Sequence record: PQ362703.1
DNA length: 64,000 nt
Reading direction: 5' to 3' (one strand)
From: Escherichia phage vB_EcoP_PW8
Of the stretch, positions 56,939 to 64,000 are shown one piece after another. A program made the translations under genes and the position numbers. The notes below the pieces were generated by a model, which searched no databases, was not told where the DNA came from, and worked only from the letters and a program-made list of their open reading frames with translations. Every line of letters starts with the position of its first letter. The first letter of the stretch is position 1.

Positions 56939-58141
56939 TTACAGAGGAGCAACAGTCTTAATCAGAGCCAGACGTTCTGGGCGTTTAACCAGAATACCAT
57001 AGTACCACTTGATAGAACTGAAGCCAGTTTCACCATACGGGTCATTACGGTCAGCAGTTTCTTTACCCGGCATCTTAGTCATGATGGTGAACTTAACAGA
57101 CTTACCATCAGTCTGGAAGCCAATGGTAGAGAAGGAATCATCACCAACTACCAGCATCGGGAATACGTCGTAGTGCTCCTGACCAGATACCATAGAAGTA
57201 CGATAACCTGGGTTAGTAGTAACCTGTGCACCAGCACCTGCCCAGTGCAGCATCTCAGGAACCTGGATAATACGGAACTTATCAATACAACCGATTTCAC
57301 CATTCATCAGAGTACCAGCATCTGCATAGTGCTGAACTTCAATGAATGCTTTGTTACCGAACAGGTCTTTCATCGCTTTCAGTTCTGGAACCAGTTCAGA
57401 ACCAACGTACATTACACGAGTACCACCAAGTACTTTGGTATCAGTAAGTTTAGAACCAGTAATGATAGTAGTCTGAGTCGGGGTACGGTTCTCAGTAAGA
57501 ATCTGGTCAAGACGCATCAGGTTCTTATAAGAAACTACAGACGGGGTAGCACCTTCACCGGTGATGGTAGCATCAGAGACAGCAGCACCTGCATACAGTA
57601 CAGTACCAGCAGCAGCCAGCAGGTCTTTCTGAAGAACAGCTTCAGTCAACTGTACAGCACCGTTCATCAGTTCACGAGACAGGTGTTCTTTCAGTTGATC
57701 ATCAGAATCGAAGTCCAGAGACTCTTGGGTAAATTCATAGAAGAAACCGAACTTATGAATAGAACCTTCACGAGCCAGACGAGTAAAGCCTACACGGTTA
57801 ACACGACCACCGTTCTCTGACAGCAGAGGCAGTTTAGAGGTGATGTTACCAACGTCTTTAGAAGAACCATACAGGTTACCGTTAACGATGGTAGCACCAT
57901 TAGCATCAATACCCTGGTCGTTAATGTTCTTGTCATCGAGCAGAGGAACGTACTCATACACCTTAACAGTCTTACCATAGTTCTTCGGCATGTTAACGGT
58001 GTTAGCCAGTGGCATAAAGTACTGGTCTTTACGGGACTGAATAATAGCTTTCTTCAGCCAGTAATAGGTATTCATCTGGTCGGAACCAGCACCGTCAATG
58101 CTAGATTTCTGACCGTCAATTGGAGCGTTATAGTTTAACAT
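56939..58141 (-). CDS. major capsid protein (N4 gp56-like)
   Basis: 400-aa ORF between a scaffold-like acidic protein and a strong hairpin; size and position match N4 major capsid protein. Confidence 0.6.
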   Translation of the reverse strand: MLNYNAPIDGQKSSIDGAGSDQMNTYYWLKKAIIQSRKDQYFMPLANTVNMPKNYGKTVKVYEYVPLLDDKNINDQGIDANGATIVNGNLYGSSKDVGNITSKLPLLSENGGRVNRVGFTRLAREGSIHKFGFFYEFTQESLDFDSDDQLKEHLSRELMNGAVQLTEAVLQKDLLAAAGTVLYAGAAVSDATITGEGATPSVVSYKNLMRLDQILTENRTPTQTTIITGSKLTDTKVLGGTRVMYVGSELVPELKAMKDLFGNKAFIEVQHYADAGTLMNGEIGCIDKFRIIQVPEMLHWAGAGAQVTTNPGYRTSMVSGQEHYDVFPMLVVGDDSFSTIGFQTDGKSVKFTIMTKMPGKETADRNDPYGETGFSSIKWYYGILVKRPERLALIKTVAPL

Positions 58142-58157
58142 ATCATCTCATTCCTGT

Positions 58158-59378
58158 TTAAAGACTACCCGGTACTGGGAGTTTAGCGAAATCTTCATCA
58201 CTCATAGCGAGTGGGTTTACAATAGGTGTTGCTTTACGTGTAGCAGCCCGATTAAGGGAAGCTGCTTTAGCTTGCTCACTGTTAGCCAGAGTCTGCTTAG
58301 GTCGTGCTACACGCACTACCGGCTGAACTGCTGGTTTAACTGCTTGTACCGGTTCAGGCTTAGCCACTTGGTTAAATGCACCCTGCTGTGCAAGGAGATT
58401 ACCAACGTGGTTATAAGCCTGAATAAATGGAGTACCTACCGGAATCTGGCCTAACATCTGAAGACGATTCACTTCATTAGTAATGATGTCATAAATACCA
58501 TTCTCACGTTGTTCATGAATGGTATGAAGTAAGCCACGATTCTGATAAAGAGCATCTTTACTGGCAGCATCCCATGTCGAGCTAATAACACCTAATGTAG
58601 CTTGTCCTTCTTGAGTAGACTTTAAGTCGTCAATTTCGGTTGCAAAATCTGCTTCGGTGTCTGTAACACGGTGTTTGCCACCCTGGTAGTTAATTTCCTC
58701 TTCTGGATTAAAATCCAGAGGATCTGTACCAGAGTCTTTCAACAACTTTTTAATGGCTTCAGGATTCTTCTTATCCAGGTCAATTAGGAAAGAAAGTTTT
58801 TCCTCATCCATTAAACCGTTGTTCTGTAACATCAGCATTACCTTACGATATGGCTGAAGTTCTTGCATCTTACGAGTATAGTTAGCACCCATCTGCATCA
58901 GGCTAATGGCCTCCTCCGGAGAACGGGGAGTAATCATCTTGCCGTTAGCTTTAAAAGGAGCCATCAACTTCTCGTAACCTTCCTTATAGTTGAAGTCAGC
59001 AGGCAGACCTTCAGACTGTTTGCCTTCTTCTTTCTGTTCCTGGCCTGGATCAGCAGTAGAAGGTTCAGCTTCAGTAATCGGCTTACCGTTACTATCAACT
59101 TCTGTGTCAACAACTTTATCATCAACTTTATTAGAAGTTAAAGAATTTGCTGAATCATCTTCATCTGGTTCAGTTTCAGGGGAGGTTTCTTCGGTTGGTA
59201 GGTCTTCAACAGCAGAGGGGTCAACTTCTTCATCAGGAGTCTGTACGCCGTTGGTTTCTGGGTTGTTCTGAGTGGAAGTATCTTCCTCAGCAATAATAGC
59301 TGGGGCTTCCATATTCAGAATCTCATCATCCGACATTGCGAGAATGTCGGAAGCTGTGGTTGCAGCTTCCGTAGTCAT
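58158..59378 (-). CDS. acidic protein upstream of capsid gene, possible scaffolding protein
   Basis: 406 aa, highly acidic N-terminal third; located between portal and capsid genes. Confidence 0.4.
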   Translation of the reverse strand: MTTEAATTASDILAMSDDEILNMEAPAIIAEEDTSTQNNPETNGVQTPDEEVDPSAVEDLPTEETSPETEPDEDDSANSLTSNKVDDKVVDTEVDSNGKPITEAEPSTADPGQEQKEEGKQSEGLPADFNYKEGYEKLMAPFKANGKMITPRSPEEAISLMQMGANYTRKMQELQPYRKVMLMLQNNGLMDEEKLSFLIDLDKKNPEAIKKLLKDSGTDPLDFNPEEEINYQGGKHRVTDTEADFATEIDDLKSTQEGQATLGVISSTWDAASKDALYQNRGLLHTIHEQRENGIYDIITNEVNRLQMLGQIPVGTPFIQAYNHVGNLLAQQGAFNQVAKPEPVQAVKPAVQPVVRVARPKQTLANSEQAKAASLNRAATRKATPIVNPLAMSDEDFAKLPVPGSL

Positions 59379-59397
59379 AAGAAATATCTCCGGTTAA

Positions 59398-59742
59398 TTA
59401 TTCGTCTTCAGGTTCAGCACGAACTGCATCGAGTTCTTCTTCTACCTGAAGAATAACATCAGCTTCGTTCTCACCCATACGAATGGCAAGGTCGAGCCAA
59501 CGACGTAAGTGACCAGCAGCTTGGGCCATATTCAGTGCATCTGCACGGTTATTAGGTTCAAGCAGTGGATCACCAGACTCCTGCACGTAACGTGCACAAT
59601 CTTCCACGCAGAATTGGCGAAGGATTACTTTACGGAACAGTGGATTCTCTAGAAGTTTACGTACATCTTCTGCATGTGCAACTGCACCTTTAGCAGCTTC
59701 CAGTCGATGTTCCAGTCCTGCGATTGTTGATTCTTTACTCAT
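59398..59742 (-). CDS. hypothetical structural-module protein
   Basis: 114-aa ORF. Confidence 0.5.
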   Translation of the reverse strand: MSKESTIAGLEHRLEAAKGAVAHAEDVRKLLENPLFRKVILRQFCVEDCARYVQESGDPLLEPNNRADALNMAQAAGHLRRWLDLAIRMGENEADVILQVEEELDAVRAEPEDE

Positions 59743-59755
59743 GTGAAGGTCTGCC

Positions 59756-62026
59756 TTATAAGTTCATACCAAGAGCCGATGCTGGGTCTTGGCTAGGGTC
59801 ATAATGCTGGGAACTAAGCGAATAGGTCGGGTCTTGCTGTGCAGCTAAGTCACGTTCCTGTAAAGAGTTCCCGTTAGTCAAAGCGTTATATCCGACAGCA
59901 GCAGATATGTTGGGGGTAGTTTCACCTTCTTTAGTAGGTGTTGTCAACGCCTTAGTTATTTGAAGGTTCTGGTTTCCTTGAGATTGTGCTTTTTGTTTTT
60001 CCATATCACGAGCATGTTTAGTACCAGATTCCTGTTCCAGATAATCCAGGTCTTTAAGGTCACCACTAGAAATAGCTTCTTTAGCCTTAGCATTATTGAG
60101 TGCAATCTTACTTTTCAGCTCTTCATTCTCAAGCTGTGCTTTCTGAATTGCTAATTGCTTGAGCTGTTCTTCCATAGGGTCTGGTTGTGGTTTCCAGGTA
60201 CGTAATTCATGTGCAAGGTCGGGCATACGTTTAAGCTCTGCAATCTTAGCCACAAGAGATAACGTAATAGTCTGGTCAACTGTATTACCTAATGTTTGAA
60301 CCATGAAGCTCAAATCCTGGGACTTCTGGTTATCAATCTCAGCAGTATTAATATCAACCTCAATGTCGAAATTACCTTTAAGGTCTTCTCGGTTAATTTC
60401 TACATACTGCTCATTGGTAATACGCACCACTTCTTTCTCAGATAAAAACACAGCATTCATTGCACAAATCTTAGTACCAATGTCTGCCATACCCTTAGCT
60501 AATCGGCGAAGGATTGCCATCTCACGTTTGGATGCTGCATCAAGTGCACCTCGAATACCAGCAGCTACATCTCCATAAGCTGCACCAGTTACACCACCAG
60601 AAAATGCTTTAACACCAGTTAGTGCTTCTGCTTCCTGGTTCTGCATCTGAGTCATTACTATTGCTGATTGAGGTAACTCAGGGAACTTGTGTTCCATAAT
60701 GGCCTGACTAGGATTACCCTGCATTGGGTTATACTCATAGTCTTGTCCATCATCATATCGACGTCGGTTCAGGGTATCTAACATCCCTTTAGGATAACCA
60801 CGTTGACCATTAGCACTTCGACCTAACAGGTCAATCATCCCACGCATGGTTGCACCAAGAATTGCTTGGTTATCTCCTAACAGTTCAGCATCAGCCTCAC
60901 CAAAGAGTTCACGTTTACGTGGCATGTAAGGAACAACTACCAATGGTAGCTTACCATCCGGGAATGGGTTCTTTTCCATACGAATAAGAGTAGAACCAAT
61001 CCAGGTAGCAACAATTGGTTCCAGTGAACCATCATCATTAATGTCGTAGAATCCCCAATATTCATAAGCAACTACTTTCTTACGTAGTGCATCTTTAAAC
61101 TGGAAATCACTAGGGGTTTTACTTTCATGGTCCGGGTCAGTCATAGGGCTAGAACTTTCCCAGTCAATCTTATCCAGGTTGTGATAACGGTCTTTATTCT
61201 TCATAAGGTCTGCTTTGCATGTCTCAAATGAGATAACTGCATACAGAGCTTTGTCCAAATCGCCATTACAGCTTGGGTCAATAACTACGTTATTGGGATT
61301 AAGCATCTCAACAGTAGGTCTGTTAACTAATGCTTTCTCTACCTCTACCTCAGTAACACCAGTCTGAATTGCATAAGTAGCTTCACCAGTTTCATTGAAG
61401 TAGTTAACAGCCTCCTTAATATCTTCCGGCATTGTTTCATCATATTCGCGAGGATTCTCTGCCTGAAGCTGTAGAGCCTGCTGAAGAATATCTGCTTGTT
61501 CCTGGTTCTCAATTGGATACAACTGGAAGACTGGGGTTTCTGTTTTAATCTTAACAGTCTTACGTTCCCAACCAATACGAGCAATGCCAGTACCATCGTC
61601 TACTACACTATGTACGTAATCATCCACCAGTTTTACTTTATTAAGCTGGGTACGGAATTGGTAGTTAAGAACTAATTCATTCTGGCGAGCAGCCAACTCA
61701 TCCTCAAAAGTAACCGGAGTTACTTTAAAAAGTTTATTGGATGAGAGGAATGGTTCAGACAATGGTGCATAACGCCATTCTGCCTGACGGCGAACCAGTC
61801 TAGGTTGGACTTGTGAACGACCTTTAACCTTTGGGGGTTTAGCCTTACCTTTGACTTCCATCAAGTCATTCCACTCACGAATCTGAGCCATGATTGCATC
61901 GTGAGCAGGTTTAGCTGCTTCCAAATCACCCTTGAGTAATTGGATACTTGGTTCCTTTTTCCAGTCCGTTAACTTCTCTGATTGAGCCGGGTCTGGTAAA
62001 GGCTTAAAAGTGTCTTGGTGTTCCAT
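59756..62026 (-). CDS. portal protein (N4 gp59-like)
   Basis: 756-aa ORF, matching size and position of the N4-like portal between lysis cassette and capsid gene. Confidence 0.65.
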   Translation of the reverse strand: MEHQDTFKPLPDPAQSEKLTDWKKEPSIQLLKGDLEAAKPAHDAIMAQIREWNDLMEVKGKAKPPKVKGRSQVQPRLVRRQAEWRYAPLSEPFLSSNKLFKVTPVTFEDELAARQNELVLNYQFRTQLNKVKLVDDYVHSVVDDGTGIARIGWERKTVKIKTETPVFQLYPIENQEQADILQQALQLQAENPREYDETMPEDIKEAVNYFNETGEATYAIQTGVTEVEVEKALVNRPTVEMLNPNNVVIDPSCNGDLDKALYAVISFETCKADLMKNKDRYHNLDKIDWESSSPMTDPDHESKTPSDFQFKDALRKKVVAYEYWGFYDINDDGSLEPIVATWIGSTLIRMEKNPFPDGKLPLVVVPYMPRKRELFGEADAELLGDNQAILGATMRGMIDLLGRSANGQRGYPKGMLDTLNRRRYDDGQDYEYNPMQGNPSQAIMEHKFPELPQSAIVMTQMQNQEAEALTGVKAFSGGVTGAAYGDVAAGIRGALDAASKREMAILRRLAKGMADIGTKICAMNAVFLSEKEVVRITNEQYVEINREDLKGNFDIEVDINTAEIDNQKSQDLSFMVQTLGNTVDQTITLSLVAKIAELKRMPDLAHELRTWKPQPDPMEEQLKQLAIQKAQLENEELKSKIALNNAKAKEAISSGDLKDLDYLEQESGTKHARDMEKQKAQSQGNQNLQITKALTTPTKEGETTPNISAAVGYNALTNGNSLQERDLAAQQDPTYSLSSQHYDPSQDPASALGMNL

Positions 62027-62028
62027 AG

Positions 62029-62535
62029 TTATTCCTGTGCAAAAAGTTTACGGTCAGCCTGAATCTGTTTACCCAACTCAATTAGTTGGCTGTCACGGAG
62101 TCTAACAGTTGCCCTGAGTTCTTCAACCAAACGTCTGCCTTCTTCAAGACTGTTGTCGAGTCTGGATGCATGGCTTGCAAGACTTCTACACTCAAAGGTT
62201 CCGGCTTCGGCTTGACGTTTATATACCGATGCTCGTCTTTCAGACTGTTGCATCCGGCTGTCGTAATCACTGCTAACGCGAGCAAGCTCGCTTGCGTAAT
62301 TACTCTCAGCCGTCTGCAACCGGGAAGTGAGTAACCCGACTTCATAACTATGGTTTCTTTGGAGAGCATTGTATTTGTCCTGTAATTTTTGTAGTGCCTT
62401 TTGATCTTCAACCTTTTGGGCATCCCACTCCTTTTGAACAGTAGACTGCCCATTGGAGTTACCCCAAAAGTAAATGGTGGCCCCTAGGACCACCACCAGA
62501 AGATAAGGCCAACCTTTAGAGATTAGCATCTTCAT
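62029..62535 (-). CDS. i-spanin (Rz-like)
   Basis: N-terminal TM segment [16 protein letters not shown] then charged coiled-coil-like region; adjacent to endolysin; contains embedded lipoprotein ORF. Confidence 0.6.
   Translation of the reverse strand: MKMLISKGWPYLLVVVLGATIYFWGNSNGQSTVQKEWDAQKVEDQKALQKLQDKYNALQRNHSYEVGLLTSRLQTAESNYASELARVSSDYDSRMQQSERRASVYKRQAEAGTFECRSLASHASRLDNSLEEGRRLVEELRATVRLRDSQLIELGKQIQADRKLFAQE
62082..62345 (-). CDS. o-spanin (Rz1-like), embedded in the +1 frame of the i-spanin gene
   Basis: Lipoprotein signal with lipobox ...[12 protein letters not shown] and short Pro-rich mature part; start taken at Met37 of track ORF 62082..62453 (alternative Met29 at 62369). Confidence 0.55.
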   Translation of the reverse strand: MKSGYSLPGCRRLRVITQASLLALAVITTAGCNSLKDEHRYINVKPKPEPLSVEVLQAMHPDSTTVLKKADVWLKNSGQLLDSVTAN

Positions 62536-63160
62536 TACATGCCTCCAGTGGCACGTTGCCTATTCGGTTAGCTACCCAACCATACGTAAAGTCTGGCATG
62601 TTTAGTGAGGTGTAGTGGTTAAGTTGTTTGGCATCGAGTAACTTAATCATTACCTGACATGCTGCAACTTTGCCTCGCTTTTTCTGTAATGCTTTATATG
62701 CATTAACAGTACTTGTACCGACTTTACCATCAACCTGTATTTTAGGGTAGTCTTTGCCATCACGGGACATTTCATTAAGAGATAACTGCAACCACTTAGC
62801 TGGACGAGTAACACCAGTGTTTACACCAGCATCAACCAGCTTATGTGTTACAGCAGGAGATATATCAGCGAAGGCTACGAAGTTAGGCTTAAGTACGTAG
62901 TCATCAATGTATATCTCAGCAGCCATCTCTTTAGATAAACCCTTCATAGAACCATCCCAACCATACTCAGTAGCCAGAACTTCTTTGTGAGACTTAGCTA
63001 CTGAATGGGTAATTCCATGATTAGTTTCCCCACCTGGGTCACGAGGATTGTTTACATATCCTCCTTCCATATAAAACACTGCCCCCAGGATAGCAGCGAC
63101 AACCCCTCCCACTGCACCACCTTTCGCAGCAAGTTTCTGTTTAGCTTTCATGTGAATCAT
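62516..63160 (-). CDS. SAR endolysin, GH108 N-acetylmuramidase type (N4 gp61-like)
   Basis: N-terminal weakly hydrophobic Gly/Ala-rich segment AAKGGAVGGVVAAILGAVFY (SAR-like), then GH108 signature EGGYVNNPRDPGGETNHGIT. Confidence 0.75.
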   Translation of the reverse strand: MIHMKAKQKLAAKGGAVGGVVAAILGAVFYMEGGYVNNPRDPGGETNHGITHSVAKSHKEVLATEYGWDGSMKGLSKEMAAEIYIDDYVLKPNFVAFADISPAVTHKLVDAGVNTGVTRPAKWLQLSLNEMSRDGKDYPKIQVDGKVGTSTVNAYKALQKKRGKVAACQVMIKLLDAKQLNHYTSLNMPDFTYGWVANRIGNVPLEACNEDANL

Positions 63161-63401
63161 CCTTTGGACGGAATCGTATCAATCTGCCTATGATGTTTAA
63201 GGCAAACAGTGCGATTGCAATATTGGAACCCTGAGGAATATCTTCCAGGATATGTCGAGGTAGTCCTGTCAGCATTGGTTGGATAATATCTATGGCAGAA
63301 AACAAAATTAAACCTAATGTACTAATCTGAACGGATGCCCACTTCCAGCATCTTTTCCAGTTAGGTACTAGCTCTACCTTTCTTTTTAACCTGCGAACCA
63401 T
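63141..63401 (-). CDS. holin (two TM segments; possibly pinholin given SAR endolysin)
   Basis: Track ORF 63141..63467 trimmed to Met23 with GGGAG RBS; two hydrophobic helices; immediately upstream of endolysin. Confidence 0.5.
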   Translation of the reverse strand: MVRRLKRKVELVPNWKRCWKWASVQISTLGLILFSAIDIIQPMLTGLPRHILEDIPQGSNIAIALFALNIIGRLIRFRPKDDSHES

Positions 63402-63715
63402 GTGAATATCTCCCGTCTTGCAGCAGCCAATACACCAATAATTGCACCTGCCCCAGCCCATACCCACTTACCGAAAATCCCAGCACCAACAACTTTATGC
63501 TTAATGGTAATGAACTCTTCAATAGTAGGTTCATTCTTAGCTAAGCTATCCTCCACATTTTTAAGTCTATTACCTATGTCATTGATTGAATTCCGTAGCT
63601 CTGACAGAGTCTCCTCCAGTTTCTCACGGTCCTGTCTGTCTCTTGTCTGGTTCTCAAACAGAGTCTTCAATCGTTCCTCTAGCCTGACTAGGAGCAGTTC
63701 ACCTGATTCATTCAT
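63386..63715 (-). CDS. membrane protein with C-terminal TM segment (lysis-associated?)
   Basis: 109-aa ORF; coiled-coil-like N-terminus and C-terminal VVGAGIFGKWVWAGAGAIIGVLAAA. Confidence 0.45.
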   Translation of the reverse strand: MNESGELLLVRLEERLKTLFENQTRDRQDREKLEETLSELRNSINDIGNRLKNVEDSLAKNEPTIEEFITIKHKVVGAGIFGKWVWAGAGAIIGVLAAARREIFTWFAG

Positions 63716-63878
63716 AATATTACCGTAGTTGTATAGTTAGAATCCCCAATAGAGTCATATCATAAGATGACTCTTAGATAATACTTAGTATGATGAAGTA
63801 CATCCAGACATAGTGTCTAGTATCAACACATGGTAGATAGTATTCAGTTTGATATGTTTAATATCAGGACAAGTAATC

Positions 63879-63904
63879 ACCCTAACATCAATATCTGTTA
63901 GGGT
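63879..63904. promoter_or_regulatory. perfect 9-bp inverted repeat in the region upstream of the lysis/structural operon
   Basis: ACCCTAACA-TCAATATC-TGTTAGGGT; not followed by a U-run on either strand. Confidence 0.3.
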
Positions 63905-63932
63905 AATGCAAATGGTAAACTTTATATAAGAA

Positions 63933-63952
63933 AGCCCCCGATTAAGGGGGCT
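63933..63952 (-). terminator. rho-independent terminator on minus strand
   Basis: On the minus strand AGCCCCC-TTAATC-GGGGGCT followed by TTCTTATATAAAG. Confidence 0.5.
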
Positions 63953-64000
63953 AGTCACTTCTTACGCTATACCGTCCATGTTCCGTATGAGCTTATTATT

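Noticed and set aside
52707-57820. Plus-strand ORFs opposite late structural genes (e.g. 56720..57820 366 aa, 56428..56961, 53861..54253)
   Set aside because: Low-complexity, Cys/Ser/Thr-rich translations antisense to well-supported structural genes; the 366-aa ORF is the mirror of the capsid gene
1-64000. CRISPR array, integrase or other lysogeny module
   Set aside because: No regularly spaced direct repeats were seen, and no recombinase-like ORF; the gene content is that of a virulent N4-like phage

Overview
This window reads as most of an N4-like (Schitoviridae-type) podophage genome; all calls are from reading the sequence and the ORF track by eye, with no searches run. Plus-strand early and middle genes run from about 1110 to 39741: a tandem array of small paralogous early proteins, a two-subunit T7-like RNA polymerase II, a MoxR-like ATPase and VWA/metallopeptidase pair, dCTP deaminase-like and ThyX-like enzymes, rIIA/rIIB-like proteins, a Dda-like helicase, family A DNA polymerase, Cas4-like nuclease, primase, Sak4-like ATPase, SSB-like protein and RuvC-like resolvase. 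Minus-strand late genes run from 63715 down to 39774: holin, SAR endolysin, an embedded Rz/Rz1 spanin pair, portal, major capsid protein, virion proteins and a giant 3452-aa virion RNA polymerase. The window opens inside a minus-strand P-loop gene (probable terminase large subunit), so the assembly is probably circularly permuted with the genome ends near 940-1110. The most interesting observations are two related group I introns carrying homing endonuclease genes that split two ATPase genes, two further free-standing HNH-AP2 endonuclease genes (one with a duplicated target-gene start), three conserved 6-bp-stem/TCC-loop hairpins upstream of early genes (candidate virion-RNAP promoters), and a 2-kb ORF-free, hairpin-dense region with tRNA-like genes whose anticodon arms are atypical. 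Coordinates for hand-called hairpins, introns, tRNAs and small ORFs are approximate (about +/-2 nt).
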